This document shows, one piece after another, positions 39,228-50,872 of a stretch of 64,000 nt of DNA. Both the position numbers and the translations under genes were made by a program. Positions within the stretch are counted from its first letter, which is position 1, and each line of letters starts with the position of its first letter. The notes under the pieces are model-generated. The model saw only the letters and a list, made by a program, of their open reading frames with translations. It did not search any database and was not told the DNA's origin. The stretch is from Terriglobia bacterium (GTDB lineage Bacteria; Acidobacteriota; Terriglobia; 2-12-FULL-54-10): the NCBI GenBank assembly GCA_963666975.2, contig CAXVYR010000003.1, positions 224,001 through 288,000 of the forward strand. The letters run 5' to 3'.

Positions 39228-39393
39228 ATCCGAGCCGCGACTGTAAAGGAGCGGGTTGCGGCAAGGTGCTGGGACATATTCTTGCGGATTGGGTGGGCCT
39301 GACAAAACCCCGCTCCCTCACCCTTCGACTTCGCTCCCTTCGACTTCGCTCAGGGCAGGCAGGGCAGGCGGGGCAGGCTCTCGCGGCTCGGAT
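39228..39393. repeat. REPIN-like doublet whose right arm is split by nested 24-bp elements
   Basis: Left arm CGAGCCGCGACTGTAAAGGAGCGG. The right arm CCGCTCCCTCA...CTCTCGCGGCTCGGAT is interrupted at 39321-39377 by CCCTTCGACTTCGCT[CCCTTCGACTTCGCTCAGGGCAGG]CAGGGCAGGCGGGGCAGG. Confidence 0.85.
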
Positions 39394-39576
39394 TCGGCGT
39401 TTTTCTTCTGACTTCTCTTTTTTGGTTGCCGCTCTGCGTTCTCTGTGTCTCCGTGGCTGAAAAGTCTTTAAGCCCGCTTGGGAATCCCCGCCAGCCTCTT
39501 ACACAATACCCAATCCTCCCCTATAATGCCTTTTTGATCCTCTTGGGTCGCCATCCTTGCGCGCGTGAAGGTGCTC

Positions 39577-42027
39577 ATGAAGTGGAATGTCGAACGAGCG
39601 GTGGTTCTGGGCGCAGGCACGATGGGCGCTCAGATTGCAGCCCACCTCGCCAATTGCGGTATTCCCACACGCTTGCTGGACATGGTGCCCGAGCAACTGA
39701 CGCCGGAGGAAAAGAAGAAGGGTCTTAGCCTAAGTTCGCCCCTGGTGCGCAACCGGCTTGCAAAGGCTGGCATAGAATCTGCCCGGAAAACCAAACCGCC
39801 GGCCTTCTTTCTGCCGGAGAGGGCCTCCTGGATTACTCCTGGAAATTTTGAGGACAATCTTTCCTCGGTGGCTGAGGCCGACTGGATTATCGAGGCGGTG
39901 TCGGAGAACCTGGAGGTCAAGCGCGGACTTTTGGAGCGCGTCTTGGCATTCCGCAAGCCGGGAACAGTGGTCAGCTCCAACACCAGCGGATTGCCGTTGG
40001 GACGCATGGCAGCCGGTTTTCCGGAGGAGTTTCGCCGCCACTGGCTGGGCGTCCATTTTTTTAACCCTCCCCGGTATTTGCATCTGTGCGAGCTGATCCC
40101 AGGTCCGGACACTTTGCCCGAGGTCGTGGAGGCCGTCGCCGGCTTCGCAGACATGCGCCTCGGCAAGGGCGTGGTGCCCGCTCGGGACACGCCCAACTTC
40201 ATCGCCAACCGGATCGGAGCGTTTTTTGCCTGTAACATTTTCCGCGTCATGGAAATGGAAATGGAAGAGGAGGGCCTTGCCGAAGAAAAGTTTGCCGAAG
40301 AAAGCTTTACCATTGAAGAGGTCGATCAGCTCACCGGCCCCGCCTTGGGATGGCCCAAGACCGCCACGTTCGGCACAATCGACCTGGTAGGTCTGGACGT
40401 TCTAGCCAGCGTCACACGCAACCTGCTGGAGAATGTTCCGGGAGACGAGAGCAGGGAACTCTTCCGTCTTCCAGCCTTCATGGAAAAGATGCTCTCGCAG
40501 GGCCTGCTCGGCGCCAAGACGGGAGCAGGCTTCTACAAGCGCGTGAAACAGGCTTCCGGAAGCGGTGACACTCTCGTAATCGATCCAAAAACTCTGGAGT
40601 ATCGCCCGCAGAAAAAAGCTCAGTTTGCTTCTCTAGAGACCGGCAGGGGCATCGAGGACATCCGGGAGCGTGTCCGGATGCTCGCCGTGTCGGATGACCG
40701 TGCCGGACGCTTCCTGTGGAAGGCCTTGAGCCGGACGTTTCTATACGCCGCCCGGCGCATCCCGGAGATTGCCGACCGGATTGTCGAAATCGACCGGGCC
40801 ATGCGGTGGGGATTCGGCTGGAAACTGGGTCCGTTTGAACTATGGGACGCAATCGGGTTGGAGGATTCCGTCCAGAGGATGGAAGGGGAAGGAAGCAAGA
40901 TGCCGGAGATCATTCGGCAAATGCTTTCGTCGGGGCGTAAGAGTTTCTATGAGAATGCGGAACTGGGGTTGTTGTACTTCGATTTCGGCCGGGGCAACTA
41001 CCGGCTGGTAGAACAGCCGCCGGGCGTCCTGCTGCTCGGTGTACAGGGCTCCCATCCCGTCATCGAAAAAAATGACGATGCCAGCCTGCTCGATCTCGGC
41101 GATGGGGTGGCGTGCGTGGAGTTCCACAGCAAGGGGAACGCTATCGGTGCCGGAACCATTGCCATGGTGGAGAGCGGCCTCCGGGAGCTATCCGCGAATT
41201 TTGACGCTTTGGTGATTGCCAACCAGGGGACCAATTTTTCAGCGGGCGCCAATCTGCAGTTGCTGCTGGAGGAAATTCGGGCGGAGCATTGGGAGGCGCT
41301 GGACCGGATGCTCCGCAGCTTCCAGCAAATGAACATGGCGGTTAAATACTCGCCGAAACCGGTTGTGGTGGCTCCCTTCCGGTTCACGCTGGGCGGTGGC
41401 TGCGAGATGGCGCTCGCGGCTTCGCGCGTGCAGGCGTCGGCGGAAACCTACATGGGATTGGTGGAGACGGGCGTGGGCTTGTTGCCCGGCGCAGGCGGCA
41501 CAAAAGAGATGGCGCTGCGGGCGGCGGACTCTCTCCCCGCCGGGTCCGAGTTGCTTCCGGCCATCCGCGAAGTGTTCCAGACGATTACCAACGCCAAGGT
41601 CTCCGGCAGCGCGGAGGAGGCGCGGCAACTGCGGTTCCTGGGGCCTGCCGATGGAATTACGCTGAACCCGGACCGCCTGGCCGCCGACGCCAAACAAACT
41701 GCCCTGGAAATGGCGCGCAATAACTGGAAACGCGCTCATCCGGTCCCGCGCACCGATGTTCGCGTGCTGGGGGAGGGAGGCCTGGCGGAGCTGAAGATCA
41801 GCATCCACTTGTTCCGGAGCGGCGGCTTCATCAGCGGCCATGACGCCCTCATCGCAGGAAAGATTGCCCACGTGCTGTGCGGGGGCAAGCTGACCGGCCC
41901 GGCTGCCGTCAGCGAACAGTATCTGCTGGACATGGAGCGGGAGGCTTCGTTGAGCCTCTACGGCGAGCCCAAAACACAGGCCCGCATCGAGCATATGCTC
42001 CGGGCAGGCAAGCCGCTGCGAAACTGA
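39577..42027 (+). CDS. fadN: 3-hydroxyacyl-CoA dehydrogenase/enoyl-CoA hydratase (FadN-type)
   Basis: [34 protein letters not shown] and GKPLRN. Confidence 0.9.
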   Translation: MKWNVERAVVLGAGTMGAQIAAHLANCGIPTRLLDMVPEQLTPEEKKKGLSLSSPLVRNRLAKAGIESARKTKPPAFFLPERASWITPGNFEDNLSSVAEADWIIEAVSENLEVKRGLLERVLAFRKPGTVVSSNTSGLPLGRMAAGFPEEFRRHWLGVHFFNPPRYLHLCELIPGPDTLPEVVEAVAGFADMRLGKGVVPARDTPNFIANRIGAFFACNIFRVMEMEMEEEGLAEEKFAEESFTIEEVDQLTGPALGWPKTATFGTIDLVGLDVLASVTRNLLENVPGDESRELFRLPAFMEKMLSQGLLGAKTGAGFYKRVKQASGSGDTLVIDPKTLEYRPQKKAQFASLETGRGIEDIRERVRMLAVSDDRAGRFLWKALSRTFLYAARRIPEIADRIVEIDRAMRWGFGWKLGPFELWDAIGLEDSVQRMEGEGSKMPEIIRQMLSSGRKSFYENAELGLLYFDFGRGNYRLVEQPPGVLLLGVQGSHPVIEKNDDASLLDLGDGVACVEFHSKGNAIGAGTIAMVESGLRELSANFDALVIANQGTNFSAGANLQLLLEEIRAEHWEALDRMLRSFQQMNMAVKYSPKPVVVAPFRFTLGGGCEMALAASRVQASAETYMGLVETGVGLLPGAGGTKEMALRAADSLPAGSELLPAIREVFQTITNAKVSGSAEEARQLRFLGPADGITLNPDRLAADAKQTALEMARNNWKRAHPVPRTDVRVLGEGGLAELKISIHLFRSGGFISGHDALIAGKIAHVLCGGKLTGPAAVSEQYLLDMEREASLSLYGEPKTQARIEHMLRAGKPLRN

Positions 42028-42103
42028 TTCGCCGTTTGGTTCATCTATTAAAGAGCGGGTGCCGGATCAAAAAGTTGCAGGAAAAAGGAAACGGAGGTTG
42101 GCT

Positions 42104-43300
42104 ATGAAAGAAGCCGTCATCGTAACAAGTCTTCGCACTGCGATCGGCAAAGCGCCCCGGGGGACGCTGCGCTACACGCGGCCCGACGACATGGCCGCCA
42201 CCGTTCTGTCGGAGGCGCTGCGGCGCACGCCTGGCCTCCAGGCTGAGGAGATCGAAGACGTGATTCTCGGCTGCGCCATTCCCGAGGGAGAGCAGGGCCA
42301 TAACATGGCACGCATCGCCACCCTGCGTGCCGGCCTGCCCCCGACGGTTTCGGCGATGACCATCAACCGGTTTTGTTCTTCCGGGCTGCAATCCATCGCT
42401 ATGGCGGCCGAGCGCATCCTGGCCGGTTTTGCCGATGTGATCATAGCCGGGGGAGCCGAGTCCATGAGCATGGTTCCTATGACCGGGCACAAGCTGGCTC
42501 CCAATCCCTACCTGGCCGATTGCTATCCGGATGTTTATATCAATATGGGGCTCACGGCGGAAAACCTGGCCCGCAAGTACAGCATCACGCGCGAGGACGC
42601 CGACGCGTTTGCTCTGGCCAGCCACCAGAAGGCGGCGGCAGCCATCCGCGACGGCAAATTCACCGGCGAGATTGTTCCTTTGGATGTGACCACTACCGTT
42701 GTCTCCAGCGGACAGGACGGCAACGGCGCTAATACGGAAATCAAAAAGAGAACCTTTGCAATGGACGAGTGCCCGCGTTTGGATGCCTCCCTGGAGGCGC
42801 TTGTAAAACTCAGGCCGGTTTTCCATGCACGGGGGACCGTGACGGCTGGCAATTCCTCGCAGATGAGCGACGGAGCCGCCGCCGCCGTGGTGATGTCCGG
42901 GGAGCGAGCCAAGACGCTGGGATTAAAACCCCTGGCCCGCTTCCTGGCATTCGCAACCGGTGGCGTTCCGCCGGAGGTCATGGGGATCGGGCCGGTCGTA
43001 GCAATTCCCAAGGCGTTGCGCCTGGCCGGGGTGAAGTTGGCTGACATCGATCTGGTTGAGTTGAACGAGGCCTTCGCGGCGCAGTCGCTCGCCGTGATTC
43101 AAGAAGCCGGGCTCGATCCTGCCAAGGTAAACGTGAACGGAGGGGCCGTGGCTCTGGGACATCCGCTGGGTTGCACCGGCGCGAAACTCACCGCCACCTT
43201 GCTGGCGGAGATGAAGCGGAGAGGTTCCCGCTACGGCATGGTGACCATGTGCATCGGCGGCGGCATGGGGGCTGCGGGCGTCTTTGAGAATTTGAATTAG
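42104..43300 (+). CDS. fadA: Acetyl-CoA C-acyltransferase (thiolase)
   Basis: NRFCSSG, NEAFA, GHPLG and MCIGGGMG. Confidence 0.95.
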   Translation: MKEAVIVTSLRTAIGKAPRGTLRYTRPDDMAATVLSEALRRTPGLQAEEIEDVILGCAIPEGEQGHNMARIATLRAGLPPTVSAMTINRFCSSGLQSIAMAAERILAGFADVIIAGGAESMSMVPMTGHKLAPNPYLADCYPDVYINMGLTAENLARKYSITREDADAFALASHQKAAAAIRDGKFTGEIVPLDVTTTVVSSGQDGNGANTEIKKRTFAMDECPRLDASLEALVKLRPVFHARGTVTAGNSSQMSDGAAAAVVMSGERAKTLGLKPLARFLAFATGGVPPEVMGIGPVVAIPKALRLAGVKLADIDLVELNEAFAAQSLAVIQEAGLDPAKVNVNGGAVALGHPLGCTGAKLTATLLAEMKRRGSRYGMVTMCIGGGMGAAGVFENLN

Positions 43301-43544
43301 GGAGAATTTGAATTAGGGGCCGAAGCATCGGAATCTTCGCAAGAATCGGAAGAATATGATTGCCTCACCGCTTTGCCTGGAGAAAAATCGACTTGTAGAA
43401 GCCTGCGCGGGGGGAGGAAAAAGGACGGTGCGTTGTAAAAGCAAAATAAATTTTATGCAAAACAAAGCCAAAAAAGCCACTAACTCATTCGGAATCATAA
43501 GGGGGTCTTCCGGCAATGGCTAAATCAAACCCACGGAGAGGGGG

Positions 43545-45407
43545 TTGGAAATAGCTTCTAAGACACAAATTCCGGGCGGCAGCTTCCTGATCGAAGAACG
43601 CCTTCCGGAGGAGATATTCACTCCTGAGGATTTCACCGAGCAACACCGCCTCATTGCCGAGACCGCAGAGCAGTTCATGCGCAACGAAGTCCTGCCGCGG
43701 TGGGAGCGGATCGAGCGCCAGGAACCAGGGCTGACCCCCGAACTTTTACGCCAAGCCGGCGAGCTGGGCCTGCTCTCCATCGACATCCCGGAGCGGTACG
43801 GCGGCACGGAGATGGACAAGGTTTCCTCGGCCATCGTGGTCGAGCGATTCGCGCAGTACGCTTCCTTCCTCGCCTCGCATGGCGCCCACTCCGTGATTGG
43901 CACGCTGCCCATCGTCTTTTTCGGAAACGAGGAGCAGAAGAAAAAGTATTTGCCGCGCCTGGCCACAGGCGAGATGATCGCCGCGTATTGCCTCAGCGAG
44001 GCGGAGGCGGGCTCGGACGCGCTTTCCATCCGCGCCCGCGCCGCGCTTTCCCCGGACGGGAAACACTACCTGCTCAACGGCGAAAAGATGTGGATCACCA
44101 ACGCCGGCTTCGCTGATCTGTTTATTGTTTTCGCCAAGGTGGACGGGGAAAAATTCAGTTGCTTCATCGTCGAGAAAGACTTCCCGGGTGTTGCGACCGG
44201 GGCGGAAGAAAAGAAGCTGGGGATCAAAGGTTCCTCCACCCGCGCCGTGATTTTGGAGGACGCGCAGGTCCCGGCGGAAAACCTCCTCGGAGAGGTTGGC
44301 CGGGGACACGTGGTCGCCTTCAACATTCTCAACGTGGGCCGCTTTCGGCTGGCTACCGGTTGCATCGGCGGGGCCAAGCAGGCCTTGCAGCACGCCGCCG
44401 GATACGCCAGCCAGCGCCGGGCGTTCGGGAAGGCTATCGCGCAATTCGGCCTCATTCAGGAAAAACTGGCGGAGATGGCCACGCGCATCTATGCCGGAGA
44501 ATGCATGATCTACCGCACAGCAGGCCTCATCGATCCGCTGCTCGCTGCGGCCAGCCCGGATTCCCCCCAGTACGGTGCCGAGGTCCGGCAAGCCATCGAG
44601 GAGTATGCCGTGGAGTGCTCCATCGACAAGGTCTATTGCAGCGAGATTCTGGATTACGTGACCGATGAGTGCGTGCAGATTTACGGCGGTTACGGCTACC
44701 ATCAGGACTACCCGGCCGAGCGCGCCTATCGTGACGCGCGCATCAACCGCATTTTCGAAGGCACGAGCGAGATCAACCGGCTGCTGATCACCGGCATGTT
44801 GCTGAAACGGGCTGCAAGCGGGCGGCTGGGGTTACACGCAGCCATCGAGGGCCTGCTTCGGGAGCCGTCCGACCCGGAACGAAGCGCCGCAGAGAAATGC
44901 ACCGACGGTGTCGGCCTGCTGGCAGAAGAGAAACGCGTGGTGGCGGCGATTAAAAAGACAGCCTTGCTGGTGGCCGGAGTAGCGTATCAGAAGTTTGCAG
45001 ACTCACTGGCCGATCAACAGGAAATCACAGCGGCTATCTCCGACATCGTGATGGAAGCCTTCGCCACCGAATCTGCCTTGCTGCGGGCCGGGAAGATGGC
45101 CGCCCGGTCCGGCGCCCAGCCGGTCTCCCCTAAGAGGTCTGGTTCGGGTCTCGATGAAAGTCCCCAAACGGTAGATGACAAGACTGCCCATGTCCTGGCC
45201 ATGACACGTCTTTTTCTGCACTCCCGGATGGACTGGGTGGAACAGCGTGCCCGCACCGTCTTGGCTGGGGTTAGTGCGGGAGATGCGCTCCGCCAGCAAC
45301 TATCTACCCTGCAACAAGTTACAAGGCACGAGATGGTGGACACCATCGCTCTGCGCCGCCAAATCGCAACGCGGGTCATCCAGAAAGGCAAGTACGCAGC
45401 AGGGTAA
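43545..45407 (+). CDS. fadE: Acyl-CoA dehydrogenase
   Basis: YCLSEAEAGSD, GEKMWITN, GIKGSST and RIFEGTSEI. TTG start. Confidence 0.92.
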   Translation: MEIASKTQIPGGSFLIEERLPEEIFTPEDFTEQHRLIAETAEQFMRNEVLPRWERIERQEPGLTPELLRQAGELGLLSIDIPERYGGTEMDKVSSAIVVERFAQYASFLASHGAHSVIGTLPIVFFGNEEQKKKYLPRLATGEMIAAYCLSEAEAGSDALSIRARAALSPDGKHYLLNGEKMWITNAGFADLFIVFAKVDGEKFSCFIVEKDFPGVATGAEEKKLGIKGSSTRAVILEDAQVPAENLLGEVGRGHVVAFNILNVGRFRLATGCIGGAKQALQHAAGYASQRRAFGKAIAQFGLIQEKLAEMATRIYAGECMIYRTAGLIDPLLAAASPDSPQYGAEVRQAIEEYAVECSIDKVYCSEILDYVTDECVQIYGGYGYHQDYPAERAYRDARINRIFEGTSEINRLLITGMLLKRAASGRLGLHAAIEGLLREPSDPERSAAEKCTDGVGLLAEEKRVVAAIKKTALLVAGVAYQKFADSLADQQEITAAISDIVMEAFATESALLRAGKMAARSGAQPVSPKRSGSGLDESPQTVDDKTAHVLAMTRLFLHSRMDWVEQRARTVLAGVSAGDALRQQLSTLQQVTRHEMVDTIALRRQIATRVIQKGKYAAG

Positions 45408-45658
45408 ATAAGGCGTTTAGGTGCAACTTTGAGTTATTGCTGCCTCTGCGAGGCTGTAAAATTGTTCCGTTTCCTCCTGGATATCCTGCTATACTCGAAG
45501 CGTTTTGAAGGGTCGGTTTGCTTGAATCCGTGCTGCTCCAGTTTTCTTTCTGCCCTACACGACTCCGGCAAATTCCCAAACGCCGTATCGATGCAGTTTG
45601 TTTTTCGTCGGCTGGCTAGTCCACTCCGCCTTGGCGTTGTGGCAACTTCAAGGAGAAA

Positions 45659-46009
45659 ATGAGAATGAAAAATTTGTTTGTCGGCAACATGAGTTTTGAC
45701 ACAACGGAAGGCGAACTGCGAGCGTTATTTGAACCCTTTGGAGAGATTACGCGCATCCAGGTGATCACAGACCGTGACACGGGCCGGCCCCGCGGTTTTG
45801 CTTTCGTGGAGATGACCAATGACGAGGAAGCAACCCAGGCCATGCGCACGATGGCGCTGGACGGAAAAGAGGTAGGCGGCCGCGCCCTGAAGGTAAATGA
45901 AGCGCGTCCCCGGCCGGAGCGCAGCAGGTCGTTCGGCGAAGGGGGAGGCGGGGGAGGCCGTGGTGGTGGTGGCGGCGGCGGGCGCTTCAAGCGCGAACCG
46001 CGCTGGTAG
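45659..46009 (+). CDS. RRM-domain RNA-binding protein with a Gly-rich tail
   Basis: RNP2 LFVGNM and RNP1 RGFAFVEM. Confidence 0.92.
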   Translation: MRMKNLFVGNMSFDTTEGELRALFEPFGEITRIQVITDRDTGRPRGFAFVEMTNDEEATQAMRTMALDGKEVGGRALKVNEARPRPERSRSFGEGGGGGGRGGGGGGGRFKREPRW

Positions 46010-46065
46010 TTGGTTATCGATAGAACGGACTCTTCGTGCTATCGGTTTGTTCCCTGCAAGATTCC

Positions 46066-46097
46066 AGGGCTATGCCTGTTCAGGCGTAGCCCTTTCT
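46066..46097 (+). terminator. Intrinsic terminator hairpin between convergent genes
   Basis: AGGGCTATGCCTG-TT-CAGGCGTAGCCCT followed by TTCT. Confidence 0.6.
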
Positions 46098-46149
46098 CGC
46101 AAGATCGTTGTGTCGCTTCTCGCTTTTCCATCCATAACACATCAGCAGG

Positions 46150-46620
46150 CTAGGCACCGAGCGGACGGCGCAGCAGGAAGAGTTGTCCCAGGTGATAGGC
46201 ATTGTGATCGGCTACCAGCAGGACTTCCCGGAGGATGGTCTGTCCCTCGCCGTGCGGGATGGGGGCAAGCAAGTTGGTTGACGGGTTCATGACGAGCTTC
46301 TCGATGGCCTTGAGGTCTCTGCGAAAGGCTTTGATGCTTCTCTCCCAAGCGTTCTTGTCAGGAGGGGCGTCGCCTGGAGGCCAAAGGCCCTCCGGAAATT
46401 GGGGGGAAACGTGCTTGCTGTTGCGGCTGAACTCGAGGATGTCCCACTGGGCGATCCGCATGTGCTCCAGCAGTTGCCAGGCTGTATGCGGCATCCCGGA
46501 TGGTCTTCTCCCCCGCAGCCTGACGGGCCATCCGCCGATCACTGTATCGAAGTCAAGATGGGCGTCGCGGCTGCCGAGCAGGCTCAGAAGATGCTGGCGC
46601 AAGGCACGGTCGTTCTTCAT
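46150..46620 (-). CDS. DinB-family protein
   Basis: From ATG 46620: '[20 protein letters not shown]...[17 protein letters not shown]'. The longer ORF in the track overlaps the MFS gene. Confidence 0.85.
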   Translation of the reverse strand: MKNDRALRQHLLSLLGSRDAHLDFDTVIGGWPVRLRGRRPSGMPHTAWQLLEHMRIAQWDILEFSRNSKHVSPQFPEGLWPPGDAPPDKNAWERSIKAFRRDLKAIEKLVMNPSTNLLAPIPHGEGQTILREVLLVADHNAYHLGQLFLLRRPLGA

Positions 46621-46631
46621 ATTTACGATCC

Positions 46632-47882
46632 CTAAAGCTTCTTGATCCCGCTGTTCGACAGCAAAAAGCCAATCCCCGTAGATCCCAGCACTACACTTCC
46701 CGCCACCAGCGCCCACGTCGGGCCGATGCGTGTCGCCAGAAAACCGATCGCCAAACTGCCCAGAGGCATCCCGCCGCGGAATGCCAGCATGAAAATGCTC
46801 ATCACCCGGCCGCGCATCTCCTCCGTGGTAGCCATTTGCACCAGGGAAGTGATGGAGGCGAACAGGGTAATCAGGCAGACGCCTCCGAGAAACAATGCCG
46901 CATAACTCAGCGCCAGGTTCCGTGAAAGGGCGAAGGTGGCGAGCAGCACGGCAAAGGCGATTTGCACCCGCAGGGCCAGCCGTCCGTGTCCCAGCCTGTG
47001 CGACATTCCTGCATACAGCAGAGCGCCGGTGATGGCGCCGGCTCCGGAGGTGGCCATCATGCTGGAATAGCCGAGGGCGCCCATGCCGAAAATGTCCCTG
47101 GCGAAAACCGGCAGCAGCGTCATCAGGGGAATCCCGCAGAACGTGCTGATGAAGCCCAGCACGCTCAGTTGCCAGAGCGAACCGCGGCTCCGGACAAAAG
47201 AAAATCCGTTGCGCATTCCCGTCAGGACCGATTCTTCCGTCTTTTGGGGAGTGAAGGTGGCGCGGATCAGATACAGGCTGACGATGACCGCAAGAAACGA
47301 AAGGCCATTGAGCGCAAAACAAAAAGCGGCTCCCGCCGCGGCCAGCGTGATGCCCGCCAGCAACGGTCCGATCGTGCGCGCCAAGTTGAATTGAATGGAG
47401 TTCAGGGCGATGGCGTTGGGGACGTCCTCGCGCTTGACCAAGCCCGGTATCAGCGCCATATAGGCGGGCCCGCCGAACGATTGCCCGGTTCCGACCACAA
47501 ACACCAGCGCCAGCATGTGCCAGACGCGCAGCCAGCCGAGCAGCACCAGCGCGGTAAGGATAATGGCGCAGCTCATCTGTACGTACTGCGATCCCAGCAG
47601 CAATTTCCTGCGGTCGATGCGGTCGGCCACCACTCCCCCGACCAGCGAAAACAGCAGGATCGGCAAATCGCCCAGGAAAGCAATCAGTCCCAGATAAAAG
47701 GCCGAGCCGGTCATCTCCAGCACCAGCCAGGACTCCGCCACCTTCTGCATCCAGGTGCCGGCTGTGGAAACGAAGGCCCCGGCCCACATCAGGCGAAAAT
47801 CGCGGTAGCGAAGGGCCTGGAACATGCGCCAGAAGACTCCAACGGGTTTCGTGGCGAGTGTAGGAGCGGAGTTTATAGCCAT
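46632..47882 (-). CDS. MFS transporter
   Basis: About 12 TM helices, motif A '[11 protein letters not shown]', and 'MRGRVMS'. Confidence 0.92.
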   Translation of the reverse strand: MAINSAPTLATKPVGVFWRMFQALRYRDFRLMWAGAFVSTAGTWMQKVAESWLVLEMTGSAFYLGLIAFLGDLPILLFSLVGGVVADRIDRRKLLLGSQYVQMSCAIILTALVLLGWLRVWHMLALVFVVGTGQSFGGPAYMALIPGLVKREDVPNAIALNSIQFNLARTIGPLLAGITLAAAGAAFCFALNGLSFLAVIVSLYLIRATFTPQKTEESVLTGMRNGFSFVRSRGSLWQLSVLGFISTFCGIPLMTLLPVFARDIFGMGALGYSSMMATSGAGAITGALLYAGMSHRLGHGRLALRVQIAFAVLLATFALSRNLALSYAALFLGGVCLITLFASITSLVQMATTEEMRGRVMSIFMLAFRGGMPLGSLAIGFLATRIGPTWALVAGSVVLGSTGIGFLLSNSGIKKL

Positions 47883-47981
47883 AGCACGCAGACTGCCGCC
47901 TGAACCCTCCCGTGCAACTCTTCAAAAATCGCTGTTCCTGCGGAGCTGAATTCAGGCCGCCCTATTTCTGGTTGGAACTTT

Positions 47982-49283
47982 TCACGCCCCAGCCTGCCAG
48001 ACAATCCGTCCCGCCACGATGGTTGCCACGGGACCGCCGCGCAGGGAGTATCCGTGGAAAGGTGTATTGCGGCTGCGAGAGCAACTCTGGTTGACGTCAA
48101 ATCCCCAGCGCCGCTCGGGGTCAAACAGGGTGATGTCGGCCACGGCGCCCGTCTGTAAGGTGCCCCGGTCCAGACCCGCGATCCGGGCCGGGTTGACCGA
48201 GAACAATTCTACCAGCCTCGTCAGGCCGATGTGCCCGCCGTGCAGCAGACGATCCAATGCCAGGCCCAGCGCGGTTTCAAGCCCCGTGATCCCGAAAGGA
48301 GCCATCTCGAACTCCTGCATTTTTTCGCTGCCGGCATGCGGCGCATGATCGGTGGCGATTGCATCCACGGTGCCGTCGGCAAGGCCTTGGAGCAATGCCT
48401 CGCGATCTTGGCGGCTGCGCAACGGAGGCTTCATCTTGTAGTTGGTGTCGTAGTCCTTCACATCCTCGTCGGTCAGCGTAAAGTGATGGGGCGTCACCTC
48501 GCAGGTGACCGGCAAACCGCGAAGCTTAGCCTGGCGGACCATCTCGAGAGAGGCGGCGGTGGAGAGGTGTGCCACGTGGAAATGCGCTCCGGTTTGGGCT
48601 GCCAGCAAAATGTCGCGTGCCACCATGACATCTTCGGAGGAGGAGCTGATGCCGCGCAGGCCGGAGCGCAGCGCCGCGTACCCCTCGTGCATCAGCCCGT
48701 CCGCGCTGAGGTCGAGGTCCTCGCAATGGTCGATCACCGTTATACCGAGACCACAGGCGTAGGACATGGCCTCGCGCATCAGGTTGCTGTTCATCACGGG
48801 CATCCCGTCGTCGGAGAGGGCTGCGATGCCCGCCTCGCGCATTTCTCCCAGGGGAGCCAGCCGTTGCCCGCGGGAGCCCTCCGAGATCGCCCCCACCGGA
48901 TAGACGTTCACCGGCGACTGCTGCTGGGCCGTCTGAATGATGAAATGGGTCACGGCGGCATTGTCATTGACGGGGCGGGTGTTGGGCATGGCCAGAACGG
49001 AAGTGAACCCTCCGGCAGCCGCTGCGCGTCCGCCGCTCTCGATGGTCTCGGCATGCTCGCGCCCGGGCTCGCGAAGATGCGTATGCAGATCAATCAAGCC
49101 GGGAGCGACCACCAGCCCGGAGGCATCCAGGCGCTGCGCGTCCTCGCTGTTGGCCTGGAGGTTCTGTCCGATCGCGGCCACTCGCCCCTCCCGCACCAGC
49201 AGGTCGGCGGAGCTGTCCATTGCTTGCGAGGGATCGACGATGCGGCCCTTCTGAATCAGTAAGTCTCGATTGGAATCCGGCAT
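47982..49283 (-). CDS. pyrC: Dihydroorotase
   Basis: DLHTHLREPG, MPNT, CEVTPHH, PPLR and ATDHAPH. Confidence 0.95.
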   Translation of the reverse strand: MPDSNRDLLIQKGRIVDPSQAMDSSADLLVREGRVAAIGQNLQANSEDAQRLDASGLVVAPGLIDLHTHLREPGREHAETIESGGRAAAAGGFTSVLAMPNTRPVNDNAAVTHFIIQTAQQQSPVNVYPVGAISEGSRGQRLAPLGEMREAGIAALSDDGMPVMNSNLMREAMSYACGLGITVIDHCEDLDLSADGLMHEGYAALRSGLRGISSSSEDVMVARDILLAAQTGAHFHVAHLSTAASLEMVRQAKLRGLPVTCEVTPHHFTLTDEDVKDYDTNYKMKPPLRSRQDREALLQGLADGTVDAIATDHAPHAGSEKMQEFEMAPFGITGLETALGLALDRLLHGGHIGLTRLVELFSVNPARIAGLDRGTLQTGAVADITLFDPERRWGFDVNQSCSRSRNTPFHGYSLRGGPVATIVAGRIVWQAGA

Positions 49284-49319
49284 TGCTTCAGTCCTTGGAA
49301 GGAGACCAAATGGGGAACG

Positions 49320-50312
49320 TCAATTTGGTGTCGTACTTTCAGTCTGTTTGTATTCCACTCCGCCCAGGAGCAAATCCAGCACCGCCATGCGCACGGCAAT
49401 GCCGTTTTCCACCTGGTTCAGGATCACGGAGCGGGGAAAATCCGCAACCTCCGAGCTGATCTCCTTGCCTCGGTTGACGGGCCCCGGGTGCATTACGATG
49501 GCATCGGGGCGCGCCGCCTTGAGGTGTTCCAATTGCAAGCCGTAGAAACGAAAATACTCGCTGGCCGAAGAGCTCAGGGAAGCGTTCTGCCTTTCAAGCT
49601 GTACGCGGAGCATCATAATGACGTCGGCATCAGCGATGGCCTCTTCAATTCGAAAGGTGCGGGTCACGGTGGGCGAGAAACACTCGAACTCCCGGGGCAA
49701 CATGGGCGGCGGCCCGCACAACTGCACTTGAGCGCCGAACTTGGTCAAAAGGTGAAGGTTCGACCGCGCCACCCGGCTGTGAACTATGTCCCCGATGATC
49801 GCCACACGCAGCCCCGCCAGCGTGGGTTTGTGATCCAGGATTGTCAAGGCATCGAGCAGCGCCTGTGTGGGATGCTCGTGGGTGCCGTCTCCCGCATTGA
49901 TGATCGGCGTCTCCAGCATCCTTGCCATAAAGTGGGGCGCTCCGGAAGCCGAGTGCCGCATCACGATGGCATTGGGCCGCATCGCCGCCAGGGTGTTCAG
50001 CGTATCGAGCAACGACTCGCCCTTGTCGGCGCTCGACCCCTGGGCGCTGATGCTGATCGTATCCGCGCCCAGACGTTTGGCTGCAATCTCAAACGAGGTG
50101 CGGGTCCGCGTAGAGGATTCGAAAAATAGGTGAATGACCGTTTTGTCCCGCAGCACATCCAGTTTTTTCCCGGTGCGGGCCTCAAGCGGCTGGTAGAACT
50201 TGGCCCGGTCCAGGATTTCCTGGATCTCCTCGCGCGTCAACATTTCAATTCCGAGCAAGCCGCGCCGGTGCATTCTCTCCCTTTGGTGAGCTTTTTCCCC
50301 TGCTTTTTTCAA
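49320..50312 (-). CDS. pyrB: Aspartate carbamoyltransferase catalytic subunit
   Basis: [28 protein letters not shown] and HPGPVNR. Confidence 0.97.
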   Translation of the reverse strand: MKKAGEKAHQRERMHRRGLLGIEMLTREEIQEILDRAKFYQPLEARTGKKLDVLRDKTVIHLFFESSTRTRTSFEIAAKRLGADTISISAQGSSADKGESLLDTLNTLAAMRPNAIVMRHSASGAPHFMARMLETPIINAGDGTHEHPTQALLDALTILDHKPTLAGLRVAIIGDIVHSRVARSNLHLLTKFGAQVQLCGPPPMLPREFECFSPTVTRTFRIEEAIADADVIMMLRVQLERQNASLSSSASEYFRFYGLQLEHLKAARPDAIVMHPGPVNRGKEISSEVADFPRSVILNQVENGIAVRMAVLDLLLGGVEYKQTESTTPN

Positions 50313-50872
50313 GAAGGCGCTCCCGGTGTCACTTTTTCCAGGACCAAAACCTTCTCCATATTATCTTCTTCCTGGAGCTTTACCTCGATGATCTCATCAT
50401 CGGCTGTTTGGATGCGTTTCCCGATAAAAGAGGCTTCAATCGGCAGTTCTCGGTGGCCCCGGTCGATTAGAGTACAGAGCCGCACCCGCCGGGGGCGGCC
50501 ATGATCAAACAGCGCATCCAGGGCAGCACGGCTCGACCGGCCCGTATAGAGGACATCGTCCACCAGGATGACATCTTTTCCCGCCACTGGGAACGGAATC
50601 TGTGTGGGCTGGACAACCGGCTTGGTGTCCACCGGGGAGAGGTCGTCGCGGTACAGGTGGATGTCCAGGGTGCCCACGGGAATCTGGAGAGAGCAGAGCT
50701 GCTGGATTTTTTGCGCCAAGCGTTCCGCCAAATGAACGCCCCGCCGGCGAATGCCGACCAGCGCCAGGCCTTCCAGGCCGCGCGTCTTCTCCACGATCTC
50801 GTGTGCCAGATGAACCAGAGTGCGGTCAATCTCCGACGCGGTCATGATCTGCGCTTTTTCACGGAGCTGCAT
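50309..50872 (-). CDS. pyrR: Bifunctional pyrimidine regulator/uracil phosphoribosyltransferase
   Basis: [15 protein letters not shown] and DRGHRELPI. Confidence 0.95.
   Translation of the reverse strand: MQLREKAQIMTASEIDRTLVHLAHEIVEKTRGLEGLALVGIRRRGVHLAERLAQKIQQLCSLQIPVGTLDIHLYRDDLSPVDTKPVVQPTQIPFPVAGKDVILVDDVLYTGRSSRAALDALFDHGRPRRVRLCTLIDRGHRELPIEASFIGKRIQTADDEIIEVKLQEEDNMEKVLVLEKVTPGAPS

Noticed and set aside
46150-47925. 591-aa ORF as a single fusion protein
   Set aside because: Its N-terminal part is an off-frame reading of the MFS gene. Only 46150-46620 (DinB) looks genuine.
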